NCBI GenBank assembly: GCA_964016885.1
Contig: OZ024740.1
Coordinates: 139,996,001 to 140,060,000 of the forward strand
From: Eledone cirrhosa
Taxonomy: Eukaryota
Length of the DNA stretch: 64,000 bases
Direction: 5' to 3'
Made by a program: the position numbers and the translations under genes. Positions 43,205 to 56,060 of the stretch are shown here, in pieces (position 1 is the stretch's first letter; every line of letters starts with the position of its first letter). The notes under the pieces are model-generated. The model had not been told where the DNA came from and searched no databases. It saw nothing but the letters and a program-made list of their open reading frames with translations.

Positions 43205-46200
43205 GACTTAGTCACCAAAACGAAAACAAATAAAACCACACCAACAAAATGTTTAAAACTTCGTGCTTGTCAGAAGGGCCAGCGATAAACTGATGGCCCT
43301 CTTAGCACGAAGCGGGGACATTCAAACAGAGGGGGAGATTTTTAAAATGAGCGCATTTTGCGTGCCAGAAGATTTGCTTCTGGTCCGAATGTCACTCAAT
43401 TCCTGTAAAGAAATTTGAGAGAGCTTTCCTCAAGACGTGGGAACCCCGAATGTGAATCCCACATCGAGACTTTTAAAGGGGTTCCCAAAAGAAACCCCAC
43501 CAACCATGGAGGCGAACCACCCGACCTTCACAAGACCCCGGGAGGTAAGTAAATCTTCCCTCTCTCTCTCTGAGCTTACCAACATGGCCATATTAAGAGT
43601 AGGAAGTTTAAATGTTCGCGGCCTGGGGTCACCCTGGAAGCAGGGTCGCCTTCTCAACGACCTCAGGTCGCTGGAAATGGATGTGATTGCCGTCAGCGAG
43701 ACCAGAATTTCCGACATGCGCGCACTAGCCCCCCTTTTCGACGACTATCAGAACTTCGCATCTGTTAGCAGGCCGGGAATGGGGGTGGGGTGGCAGTGCT
43801 GTTTAGGAAAGGACAGGATCTCGAGGTAAGGTCAATCTTCCGGAACCCGGACAGTAAGTTGGTGGTCTTGGATGTGAGTAGTAGCGAAGGTGGTGCCTTT
43901 GGACTGCTGACTGTCTACGCACCTACAGGGGCCGGACGACCGGACTTCTTTAGGCGCCTGGAGACCTTTCCGGGTACGTCTCGCCCTTTACTGTTAGCGG
44001 GGGACTGGAATAGCATCTTAGACGCACGCTGGAATTGCGTGGGAGTAGCCGTTAGGATCGGGGGGGGGGGGTGCAAAAGCCTCAAGCACCTACTCAGCCA
44101 GTTCCAACTGTCTGACAGGTATCGACTAGATTTCCCCAATGTGCCAGTATGGACATGGACCAACCGAATGGGGTCATCTAGATCGTATATAGACAGGATC
44201 TTCATTAAGAAAATAGATAGAAATAGTGTGGGCTGTCCACTTTTTAAAACGGTCGCCTATTCAGATCACAAATTTGTGATCTGTACGGTTGACCTAGATA
44301 AAACGCGTAGGTTGGGACCGGGTTACTGGAAGCTGAACATGTCATTTCCGACACGTAAGGTTTACAGGGACCGAGTCAACAATTTAGTTAAGCCAATGTT
44401 GACAGGGGGTTCATCAACAACAGATGGTGGGGGGCTCTCAAAAGAGAGATTAGAGTATCTTCGATGGAGTTCAGCGAAAAACTAGCGTTAGAGAAAAATA
44501 GAAAAGAGGGGGAGCTGGTAGATAAGTTAGACGAGGCTATTGGTAGTGGCATTGCAACTGATATGCTAGCGGCGAGAATGGCATTAGACCATTTCTTCAA
44601 TGCGAAACACGAAGGTTGCATTGTCAGAGCTAAGGCGCGTGCGCTGAGAAAATGAGGGAACCAAAGCTGTTCGATAGGCCCGCGTGCTGGAGGCGCAGCG
44701 TGGTAATAAAACCACAATTCGGTCTTTGGCGAACCTAGACGGACACGAGATAAGCGATTCCAAGCGGATGTGTGAGGCCTTTCGCCAGCACTTTGCTTGG
44801 TTGTTCGTGGAGAGTGGCGAGTCAGAGAGAGTAGCGGATATCAGACCCTACCTTAACGGCTTGCCGCGCATCTCGACAGTCGACGCTGAGCGCTGCGAAA
44901 GGCCGATTACTTCAGCCGAAATTCAGGACGCCCTTGTCGGCTGCATGAGGCGCAAGTCACCCGGTTTGGATGGCCTGCCCTACGAGCTTTACGTAAATAT
45001 GCCAGACTTGTTCTCCGATCTCCTCGAAGCACTCTACTGCAACTGGCAGCAGAATGGGAGTATTCCCAGTTCTGTGAGCAGGGGAGTGGTGACGCTGATA
45101 AGGAAAGACGAGAACAAGAGGGATACATTAGACAACTTCAGGCCCATAACTCTGCCGAACACAGAGTTTAAGATTTTGGCCAAGGTGTTAGCAAAGAGAT
45201 TGGCGCTTGTCGTCGAGGATTTGATTGGGGAGGCGCAAACTTGCGCAATCCCAGCCAGGTCCATACACGACAATCTCCACCTAATGCGATACATCATAGA
45301 GAGGGTAGGGTGTAAACCTGGCTTCGGTGAGGCACTGATCAATTTAGATCAATCCAAAGCATTCGATAGGGTCGACCATCGGTATCTGGAGTTTGTCCTC
45401 AAAGCAACTGGCTTCGGCCCTGTCTTTAGAAGCTGGATCGCTGCAATGCACAGCGGCACACGCTCGGTGGTAAAAGGTTAATGACCACCTCTCGGAACCA
45501 TTTCGGCTCTCCCGATCGGTCCGTCAAGGGTGCCCTCTCTCTTCCCTTCTGTACGTATTGACTCTCGATCCTTTACTGCGGAAGCTGGAGCTGTTGCAGG
45601 GCATCCCACTCGAACCGGGACGTGGAAAGGCGGTGTCGGCTTATGCGGACGACATCACCGTGATGGTGTCGAACACCTCAGAGATCGAGGTGGTCTGCAC
45701 CTTATTGAAGGAATATGAAAGGTTGACAGGAGCCAAACTCAACCCGGAAAAGTCGGTGGACTTGCAGCTCGGAACCTGGAGATGCAGGCCCATGCCGTCC
45801 AACAGCGTCGTGGGGCGCTGGACGGACGGACCGGTAAAGTTGCTTGGGCTTTGATTCGGACCAGACCTCCAGGTGGAAAAGAATTGGGACGAGGTAACGA
45901 GCAGAGTAGCCAGTCTCACCCAACAATGGGCTGGGAGGAAGCTATCACTGAAAGGTCGCGCGGAGGTGGCGAATGCGTACATCGCGTCCGTCATCTACTA
46001 CCGCCTGACCGTCGTGCCTTGCCCCCGTCCGCGCCTCGTCAAGTTGGAACGGCTCCTCTTCAAATTCTGTGGAGCGGACAAGTTCCGTTGGTGAGGCGGT
46101 CCATCTGCTGCCAGCACCCTCTATGCGGATGGCTGGGCATGCCGTGGTTAATGATGCGCAGACATGCGTTGAGGCTGCGACATCTCCAGATATTCTGCCA

Positions 46201-47250
46201 CAACGGTGAACAGGTGTGGTCGCCGTTTATCAGACGGGCCTTTCCGCAGCTTATTTCTTTGACTGAGCTGCAGTCCTGGGTCAAGAAGAGACCGAGACTG
46301 GGTGACTGGCACCTGGAATGTTGCCAGGCACTCACTGCCCTCTATCAAGCCCTCTACCGGCAATGCGATCAGTGAAACTTCCACTCTCGAGTTCTATAGA
46401 GGATTAGTGGTGGGCAAGTGCGATGACGCACTCGGAGAAGCTTTGGGCCTCTACGAAGTCGAACTACCAGTCTGTACCGGAGGACTTTCCAGCCGGGGAC
46501 GATGGACAATTTCCAGAATTCCCTCGCTTGGCAGTGCTACCGGGGGGGGGGGGGGGGGCAATGCCGGTTCGGGATGAACTCTACAGGCACGGAAGTGCTG
46601 TCAGACGGACCTGCTCAAGATGCGCACAGAACGACGAAACCGTTCTGCACGCACTTGTCCAATGTCCATGCATTACTGACTTGTGGAGTTATGTCGAACA
46701 GCTGTTGTCGCGTGTGGAACGAATCCGGCTATCGGCCGAGTCCATAGTGAAGATTCCTCTGTCTGGTGGTCGTTGCGAAAGAGGTTATATGGTGGACCAG
46801 ATTAAAAGGACTGAAGACAGACACTTTTCTCTTCGGCCAATCCCTCATCAACTTCTTCAAGTTTCACCTGGAAAGGAAGGTGAAGGTGGAGAGAGAAGTG
46901 CTGCCCCACCCCACCCTCACACACACCCGCCAGTACATTTGCTAAAAAGTGGATGAATGTGGCGATAGGCTAGCTAACTTGAGGAGAGGGGTGCTCTCCA
47001 TGGGTGCCTGCCCTAGAAGGGCAGGGTGGTTCAGGATTGGTGGGGTACCCGAGTCACCCCAGGGTCGTCTACCCCCTATCGGGGAATTTATTTTGTTATA
47101 TTTATGCATAGTTTATTTTATATTTTTATATCTTCATTGTTAAATTAATCTTGCCATTGTGCACTTTTACTCGACCTTATTGTAAACCGCCACTGTCCCT
47201 GTTTTTGTATTGTCCCCTACATGTCGGCCCTTGTGGGTAATAAATGAAAT
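43205..47250 (+). mobile_element. Tx1-clade LINE, 5'-truncated within ORF1; ORF2 (from ATG 43584) frameshifted
   Basis: APE motifs SLNVRGL, AVSET, VYAP, AGDWN, SYIDRIF, YSDHK; RT motifs LDQSKAFD, AYADD; ends AATAAATGAAAT plus (AAT/ATT)n. Confidence 0.9.
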
Positions 47251-47270
47251 AATAATAATTATTATTATTA

Positions 47271-47585
47271 GGGCGGTGGATTGGCAGTATCGGTAGAGGA
47301 GCGGACACCATCTTTTGACGCATAGAGTTACGGCCCTTGCCATTCTGAGTTAAAATCCCGCCGAGGTTAACTTTGCCTTTCATCCTTACAGGGTCGATAA
47401 AATAAAGTACCAGTAATACATTGGTATAATTGCTGGCCTTGTGCCAAAAGTAGAAACAATTATTATTATTATTATTGTTGTTGTTGTTGTTATTACAACT
47501 TTGCCTTTCATCCTTCCGGGGTCGATAGAATAAAGTACCAGTAATGCATTGGGTAATTGCTGGCCTTGTGCCAAAAGTAGAAACA

Positions 47586-47590
<5 letters not shown>
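47271..47590 (+). mobile_element. SINE family A: full copy (47271-47460) plus 5'-truncated copy (47497-47586)
   Basis: Family body and tail; lies between two Tx1 copies within (ATT)n. Confidence 0.88.
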
Positions 47591-47660
<70 letters not shown>

Positions 47661-47849
47661 GGTCTAAGCGGACGTATTTTGCTCTCTCACAGTCAGTCGC
47701 TTAATTTGCCTGTTAAAATTATTTGTTGTGTAAGGGATATAAGCCCTTAGACTTTGCCCCGTGAAGGGGAAAGTATAATATTTGGGCCTTTTGGCCCAAA
47801 TATTTGAACTTTTTTTACATGTTAAAAAATTTACGAAGAAAAAAAAAAC

Positions 47850-49820
47850 ATGGCTGAGCCACGCCCCCCAGCGATATGTCGGCTGTCGTGCGACAACGAC
47901 GAATAAGTTGAGAGGAGCGCTACAGCGAAATTAACACACATTGATAACACAAACACCACCACAAACAAGGTAAACAAAGACACCAATGATACCAATGGGA
48001 TGAAAAAAAATGACAGTAACAACGACAACGAAAATACAGATAACAAAAAAAACAAAAATAAATGCAACAACAATATCAACACCACTAACATGAAAACAAA
48101 TAGCGACAACACCAACAGCAACAATACCAACTGCACCGAGAACAACGGTGGCAACAAAGACAACAATGATAACAGCGACAGTGATAATAACAACAACAAC
48201 AACAACGACAACGACAACAACACCCCCAACGAAAACAAGAAGAACACTTTCGCTGCGGCAGCAGCAAAAAAGAGGCCATACTTCAACATGGACCTCTCAA
48301 ACAAAGATGAAAAGTTGGCCCAGACATAGAAGCTCATCAAGCAAGAACAAACCTGGACCAACTTAACTGTCCCGGTAGAAGCTATTGAGGCAGTGGAGCG
48401 CAGAACGGTGCATTATAGATGCATCTCAGCACAAACCAAAAGGGCAGCTTTAATCCAACAAGAAGATGTCGAAGTCGCGCTGAGGTGCATCAGAGAAGAC
48501 ACCCAGTACATAGAGAGAGGCAGACAGTACGGCACCATTTCGGTGTTGTTCAAGTCAGAAGCCCTCGCTATGAAACACGCTATGACTCCTTGCAAAACCA
48601 GCAAGGTCATAATGTACCCCTCCCACATGGGAAAAAGAACGGCCCGTCTCCGCATTCCCAGAATCCCACCAGGACTTGACATGTATGGCTTCTGGGATGT
48701 GTGATTGTGGAGGGGACGGATACAGTCCCTATAGAAGTGACCAGAACGGCCAGAGAGGACTGGTCCGGGGTTGACCTGGAGATCCTTCTCCAGATCAGGC
48801 CCAAGAATGTGAAGACAATCCCGAAGCAAATCCGCCTTCAGAATGGGACGGTCATTCACATTATGACCGAAGGCAAAAGGCCGCAGTGTTTTGTTTGTGG
48901 GGAGAAAACCCATTTGCGAGTCTTCTGCCCTCAACTGCTAAAAGAGGCAAGGAGTCGAAAGGCTCCACTGCTGCCGACGCCGGGGCGAGGACCACAACCA
49001 ACACCAGCACCGGCAAAACCACCAACAACAACACCAATAGAAAGACCACCACCAACATTGACCACCCAGGGGGGAAACGAGGAAAGCTGTCAAATTCCCC
49101 CTCCCCTCAAAAATACACACACCAATAAAACCATAAACATACATACAGACACACTTACAGACACAGACCCCTCATCTACCAGTAGTGAAAATGAGGGAAA
49201 ACCAAAATCCCCCAAATACAAAAAAGGAAACACAAAAAGAAAAAAAAAACTCAACAAAGCACAAAAGCACCCACAATAAAAAACGCAGACACCACCCACG
49301 CAAACATCTCTCCAATAACACCAACATCAACACCACCATCACCATCACCAGAATCCCCCAAACGCAAACAACCGAAACAGGCGCAAGAGCAAATATACAC
49401 ACAAACATCTGAAACCACAGACACCGCACTCACAACAAACAGATACAACCGAAACAACACCACCAAAACCATCACCACCACAGCCAGGCAAACAAATAAA
49501 ATCACACCAACAAAACATACAAAACTTCGTGCTCGTCAGGAGGGGCAACAAGGAACTGATGGCCCTCGTAGCACGAAGTGAAAATATACAAAAAAGAGGG
49601 GGAAATTTTTAAATCGAGCACATTTCGCGTGCCGGAAGATTTGGTTCTGGTGCGAATGTCGCTCGACATATTCAAAGAAATACGAGACAGCTTTCCTCGG
49701 GACGTGGGAACCCTGAACGTAAAACCCACTTCAAGACTTTTAAAGGGGTTCCCAAAAGAAGCCCCACTAACTATGGAGGTCGAACAACCCGACCTTCGCA
49801 AGAGCCCGGAAGGTAAGTAA
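47850..49820 (+). pseudogene. Tx1 ORF1 (Asn-rich N-terminus, CCHC zinc knuckle, Thr/Pro-rich linker), disrupted
   Basis: CFVCGEKTHLRVFC = CX2CX4HX4C at 48887-48928; TFAAAA segment; C-terminal part shared with 43230-43550. Confidence 0.7.
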
Positions 49821-49851
49821 ACCTTCCTCTCTCTCTGTTTAACCTGCCAAC

Positions 49852-52800
49852 ATGGCCGTATTAAGAGAAGGATGTTTAAATGTTGGATGCCTGGGATCGT
49901 CCTGGAAGCAGTCACCTGCTAACGACCTCAGATCTATAGAAATGGATGTAATTGCAGTCAGTGAGACCAGGACTTCCGACACGCGCGCACTAGACCCCGT
50001 TTTCGACGACTATCAGATCTTTGCATCTTTTAGCCGGCCGGGAATGGGAGGCGGGGTGGCAGTGCTGTTTAAGAAAGGACAGGATCTCGAGGTAAGGTCG
50101 ATCTTCCAGGACCCGGACGGGAAGTTGGTGATCCTGGACGTAAACAATAACGAAGGTGGTGCCTTTAGACTGGTGGCCGTCTATGCTCCTACTGGGGCAG
50201 GACGGCCGGACTTCTTTAGACGCCTGGAAGCCTTTCTGGGTACGTCTCGTCCTTTACTGTTAGCGGGGGACTGGAACGGCATCTTAGACGCACGCTGGGA
50301 CTGTGTGGGAGTATCCGATAGGAGCGGGGGGTGCAAAAGCCTCAAGAACCTGTCAGCCAGTTCCAACTGTCTGACAGGTACCGACTAGATTACCCTAATG
50401 CGCCAGTGTGGACCTGAGCTAACCGCATATGGTCATCTAAATCGTATATAGACAGGATATTCATTAGGAAAATAGACAGAAATAGTGTAAGCTGTCCACG
50501 TTTTCAGATCACAAGTTTGTGATCTGTATGGTCGACCTAGATAAGACGCGTAGGTTAGGACCTGGTTACTGGAAGCTAAACATGTCATTTCCGGTACGTA
50601 AGGCTTACAGGGACCAGGTCAACAATTTAGTTTAGAAAAGGTTGACAGGGGGAGTCGTCAACAATAGATGGTGGGGGGCTCTCGAAAGAGAGATTAGAGT
50701 AATGTCGATAGAGTTTAGCAAAAAAGTAGCGTTAGAGAAAAATAGAAAGGAGGGGGAGTTGGTAGATAAGTTAGACGAGGCTTGTGGTAGTGGCATTGCA
50801 ACTAATGTGCTAGCGGTGAGAATGGCATTAGACCATTTCTTCAATGCGAAACACGAAGGTTGCATTGTCAGAGCTACGGCGCGTGCTCTGAGAAACGAAG
50901 GAACCAAAGCAGTTCGATGGGCCGGCGTGGCAGAGGCGCAGCGTGGTAATAAAACCACGATTCGATCTTTGACGGACCGAAACGGGCATGAGCTGAGCGA
51001 TTCAAAGAGGATGTGTGACGCCTTTCGCCAAGATTGTTCTCGGTTGTTCGGGGGATGCGGCGGATCAGAGATGGTGGCGGACTTCAGTCCCTACCTCGAT
51101 GGCTTGCCGCAACTCTCGACGGCTGACGCTGGGCGCTGCGAAAGGCCAATTACTTCAGCCGAGATTCAGGATGCCCTTGTCGGCTGCATGAGGCGCAAGT
51201 CACTCGGTTTGGATGGTCTGCCCTACGAGCTTTACGTAAATATGCCAGACTTATTCTCCAATCTCCTCGAAGCCCTCTACTGCAACTGGCAGCAAAACGG
51301 AAGTATTCCCAGTTCTGTGGGCCGGGCGTAGTGGCGCTGATAAGGAAAGACGAGAACAAGAGGGACACATTAGACAATTTCAGGCCCATAACTCTGCTCA
51401 ACACAGAGTTTAAGATTTTGGCCAGGGTGTTAGGTCCATACACGACAACCTCCACCTAATGCGATACATCATAGAGAGGGTAGGGTGTAAAACTGGCCTC
51501 GGTGGGGCTCTGATCAATTTAGATCAATCGAAAGCATTCGATAGGGTCGACCATCGGTACCTGGAGGCTGTCCTCAAGGCGGCTGGCTTCGGCCCCTTCT
51601 TCAGAAGCTGGTCAAAATTAATGGCCACCTCTCGGAACCGTTTCAGGTCTCCCGATCGGTCCGTCAAGGGTGCCCTCTCTCCTCCCTTCTCTACGTATTG
51701 TCTCTCGAGCCTTTACTGCGGAAGCTGGAGCTGTTGCAGGGCATCCCGCTCGAACCGGGACGCGGAAAGGCTGTGTCGGCTTATGCGGACGACATCACCG
51801 TGATGGTATCGGACACCTCAGAAATCGAGGTGGTCGGCAACTTATTGGAGGAATATGAAAGGTTGACGCGAGCAAAACTTAACCCGGAAAAATCAGTGGA
51901 CTTGCAACTCGGCAGAGTCCATGCCGTCCAACAGCGTCGTTAGGCGCTGGACGGACGGACCGGCAAAGTGGCTAGGGGTTTGGTTCGGGCCAGACCTCCA
52001 GGTGGATAAGAATTGGGACGAGGTGACGGGAAGGGTAGCCAGTCTCACCCAAAAATGGGCTGGGAGGAAGCTATCACTGAAAGGTCGGGCGGAGGTGGTG
52101 AACGCGTACATCGCGTCTGTCATCTACTACAGTCTGACTGTCGTCCCTTTCCCCCGTTCGCGCCTCGCCATCTTGGAGCGGCTCCTCTTCAAATTCTTGT
52201 GGAGGGGTCAGGTTCCGCTTATGAGGTGGTCCATCTGCTGCCAGCACCCTCTACATGGAGGGCTGGGCATGCCGTGGTTAATGATGCGCAGGCACGCGCT
52301 GAGGCTGCGGCATCTCCAGATATTCTGCCACAACGGTGAACAGGTGTGGTCGCCGTTTATCAGACGGGCCTTTCTGCAGCTCGTTTCTTTGACTGAGCTG
52401 CAGTCCTGGGTCAAGAAGAGACCGAGACTGGGTGACTGGCATCTGGAATGTTGCCAGGCACTCACTGCCCTCTACCAGGCGAGCAATGCGGTCTTTTGAA
52501 CTTCCACTCTCGAGTTCTATAGAGGATTAGTGGTGGGCAAGTGCGACGACGCACTCGGAGAGGCTCTGGGAGTCAACGAAGTCGAACTAACCAGTCTGTA
52601 CCGGAGGACTTTCGAGCAGGGGACGATGGATAATTTCCAAAAATCCCTCGCTTGGCAGTGCTACCGGGGGGCACTGCGGGTTCCAGATAAACTCTACAGG
52701 CACAGAAGTGCTTTCAGGCGGACCTGCCTGAGATGCGAGCAGAGCGACGAAACCGTTCTGCACGCACTTGTCCAGTGTCAGTGCATTACTGACTTGTGGA

Positions 52801-53141
52801 GTTATGTTGAACAGCTTTTGTCGCGTGTAGAACGGATCCGGCTATCGGCCGAGTCCATAGTGAAGATCGACCCGCCGCCTTCTTTTGGCTAGGAAGGGCA
52901 GGCAATTTTCCTCTGTCTGGTGGCAGTAGGCAAAGAGGTTGTATGGTGGACGAGGTTGAAAGGACTGAAGACAGACACTTTTCTCTTCGGCCAATCCCTC
53001 ATCAACTTGTTCAAGTTTCACTTGGAAAGGAAGGTGAGGGTGGAGAGAGAAGTGCTGCCCCCCAGTACATTTGCTGAAAGGTGGGTGAATGTGGCGAGAA
53101 TGGCCCGTGTGAGTGGGCCTATTCTGGTCATGCGGCTGTAG
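49852..53141 (+). pseudogene. Tx1 ORF2 APE-RT, frameshifted
   Basis: Colinear ORF fragments homologous to 660-3131 and 43584-46980. Confidence 0.88.
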
Positions 53142-53411
53142 GTAGGTAAATTTGAGGAGGAGAGGGGTGCCCTTCCAGGGTGCTCTCGAAGCGTCGGGTC
53201 GTTCAGGACTGGTGGGGTACCTGAGCGAACCCTAGGTGGTCATCCCCCCTACTGGGGAATTTTTTTCTTGTTTTAATTTTCTTGTTACTTTATTGTTACT
53301 TTGTTATTGTGATTCATATTGTTTACTCGATTTTTCTGTAAACCCCCCACTGTCCCCGTCTGTTGTATTGTCCCCTATATGTCGGCCCGTGTGGCCAATA
53401 AATGAAATCCT

Positions 53412-53841
53412 TATTGTTGTTGTTGTGTTTTTTTGTTGTTGTTGTTGTTACTGTTGTTGTTGCTGTTGTTGTTGTTGTTGTTTTTGTTGTAATTACACCG
53501 TTTTTCCATTGACACCTCTACTTGTCTTTATAATACGCCTGTTTCTCTAGACAGACCATTTGACCTTCTTCTGGCAATAAATAATAGTAATAGTAATAAT
53601 AATTACAATAATAATATTATTATTATTATTTTTATTTAGTAACGATGATGATGGTCGTGATGATGATGAAGAAGACAGCGACCGTTTTAGTGATAATAAT
53701 GATGTTGACGACGACGATGATGGTGATGATGATGATGATGATGAGGAGGAGGAGGAGGGGGGGAGGAGGGGGGACCAGGGGGGAGGAAGAACAAGTAGTA
53801 GTAGTAGTAGAAGTAGTAGTAGTATCATCAGCAGCAGCAGC

Positions 53842-53906
<65 letters not shown>

Positions 53907-53945
53907 GAGGAGGAGGAGGAGGAGGAGGAGGATGTCAATGATAAT
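53412..53945. repeat. Compound trinucleotide microsatellites (GTT, AAT, GAT, GGA, GTA)
   Basis: Visible simple repeats. Confidence 0.9.
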
Positions 53946-54259
53946 GATACTTATAGTGGTGATGACACCGGCGAGGAGACCTAGTTACGTAAAATTACCC
54001 CGCCATTTCTCGAATGTATCTCTGTAAAACAATCTGAAATAGTTTAACATGTCAATGGTTTTCCTGCAGAATATACTAGATAATACATCATTTGGTTGTG
54101 GTGGTTGTAGTATTGGTGTGATCTGACATGGTGGCGGTGGTGTCACGGATGTAGTAGAGATGGATGATCCTGTTAACTGTCACACCTCATAGTTGTGGTG
54201 CCAGTGATTTTGCGGAAATATAATGGTGGTGGCGTTGGGTTGATGAGAGGTGTAATAGT

Positions 54260-54442
54260 TTCTAATTTTGGCAGAAGGCCAGCAATTACCCAGTACATTA
54301 CTGGTACTTTATTTTATCGACCCCCTAAGGATGAAAGGCAAAGTTAACCTCGATGGGATTTGAACTCAGACCGTAAAGGGACGTAACTATGCTGGAAAGC
54401 ATGGCGTCCGACCCTCTACCGATACTGCCAATTCACCGTCCT
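54260..54442 (-). mobile_element. SINE family A, full length
   Basis: 16-bp TSD tgagaggtgtaatagt (54244-54259, 54443-54458). Confidence 0.88.
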
Positions 54443-54619
54443 TGAGAGGTGTAATAGTGTAATGACAACTTATATGATCGAAAAAAAAATTAAAGTTTCA
54501 TCTGACATATGCAATATCAGCTGGCCTCCGGCGAGGTTGCATTTAATAAGATGTTTTTCGTGAATGTTAATGAAAGGGACCTCAGACCTTTTATTAAAGC
54601 TAGATAAAATAAAACCTCG

Positions 54620-54716
54620 TTTTCAAGAACACAAAGCTCCGGTCGACCCAGAAATCGAACCCACGTCATTACGATCGCGAGTCTATCACACTAACCACTA
54701 GGCCAAGCGCCTTCAC
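54620..54716 (-). mobile_element. tRNA-derived SINE head (similar heads at about 28640-28725 and 30885-30955)
   Basis: - strand GGCGCTTGGCCTAGTGGTTAG...GGGTTCGATTTC A/B boxes without a tRNA acceptor-stem 3' end. Confidence 0.6.
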
Positions 54717-55062
54717 ATCCTCTATAATTAATCTATACTAAATAACAAAAGAAAAGAGAAATAACCAAAAGAAACAAATTATCATCACCTTGTGGTGGTT
54801 TTTCGGATTATAACAAATCTTATATTCTAAGATGGAATACAACTAACAGTTTTAACTATTCGACACCGAATCGCCTGAAACTCCTGCTTCTGTGATATAA
54901 ATCATGTTAGTTGTAAAATATTTATATTTATGTAAAAATCTTCCATCAAATCTTTATGTAAGAACCATTGTTAGGTTATGTTCCAAACACTAGTTTGATA
55001 ATGAAAAATATATATGTACTAAATCTTTCTGATCATAGTGGAGTACACTATGATCAGACAAA

Positions 55063-55412
55063 GTTAGTCTGTACCATTGGTACTTTAGTCTAGCAAGTCC
55101 CGGTTAGTCTGTACCATTGGTACTTTAGTCTAGCAAGTCCCGGTTAGTCTGTACCATTGCTACTTTAGTCTAGCAGGTCCCGGTTAGGCTGTACCATTGC
55201 TACTTTAGTCTAGCAGGTCCCGGTTAGTCTGTACCATTGCTACTTTAGTCTAGCAGGTCCGGTTAGTCTGAACCATTGGTACTTTAGTCTAGCAAGTCCC
55301 GGTTAGTCTGTACCATTGGTACTTTAGTCTAGCAGGTCCCGCTTAGTCTGTACCATTGGTACTTTAGTCTAGCAGGTGCGGTTAGTCTGTACTTTAGTCT
55401 AGTAGGTCCCGT
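55063..55412. repeat. 40-bp minisatellite, about 9 units
   Basis: Unit GTTAGTCTGTACCATTGGTACTTTAGTCTAGCAAGTCCCG, contiguous with no spacers. Confidence 0.95.
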
Positions 55413-55772
55413 TAATCCACATATAAATTTGTAAGCTGTCTATCGGTCCGATGAGGCGAGAAGTCACGTTTTGCAGGAGAATCTCGTTCAAACTTTCCAT
55501 GCGAAATAAAGGGTATTGCAGGAAAATAAGAGGTTTTGCGTGACTTTTGATCCTCTTAGCTCCCGGTCGAAATTTTGTCCTTTGGGTTAAGTGTATCCAC
55601 TGGCAGGAATATCCAATAGATGTAATTTAGTACCAACTATAGAGGGATTTCCCGAGTGTTGCTATTGGCGGAGATCTTCACTTCATCATATACATCGTAC
55701 ACGCCATGTTTATTTATTAAACATACCGTATATCTTTAGATATACATATTCACATATATACATACATATATA

Positions 55773-55815
<43 letters not shown>

Positions 55816-56012
55816 AAAAAGTAAACATAAATAACAAAGCAAATGACAACGTACAATGAAGAAATATATTGGTTTAACGCTTGACATTAGTCCTTCATCA
55901 GAAGATAGAATCAGAAATAAAAGATGAAATAAGCACATGCTTACTGGTCGGTGAACTGAATAACACGTATGACCGGTAACATATCAATGGATACTTACAT
56001 CTCGTTTGGATT

Positions 56013-56060
56013 TTTTGTCTGAAGAGAACACGTAGGGTATTTGAAATACGTATAACAAAA
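56013..56060 (+). ncRNA. Type I minimal hammerhead ribozyme (predicted)
   Basis: Stem I TTTTGT/ACAAAA; CTGAAGA; stem II GAACAC/GTATTT; GAAA-TACGTA-TA. Confidence 0.7.

Larger units (their letters stand above)
47661..53408 (+). mobile_element. Apparently full-length but inactivated Tx1-clade LINE (5' UTR, ORF1, ORF2, 3' UTR)
   Basis: Starts after (ATT)n; ORF1 about 47850-49820; ORF2 49852-53141 with frameshifts and deletions; ends AATAAATGAAAT before (GTT)n. Confidence 0.88.

Noticed and set aside
47831-48361. Hydrophobic 176-aa ORF as a membrane protein
   Set aside because: It is the antisense reading of the (AAC)-rich Tx1 ORF1 region
54620-54716. Genuine tRNA gene (also 24895-24964 and 28650-28725)
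   Set aside because: A/B boxes are present but no complete cloverleaf; the sequence continues into SINE body
54721-54750. Helitron 5' end (TCTATA..ATCTATACTAAAT)
   Set aside because: No matching 3' hairpin plus CTAG identified
55063-55412. CRISPR array
   Set aside because: Units are contiguous with no unique spacers, there are no cas genes and the context is eukaryotic
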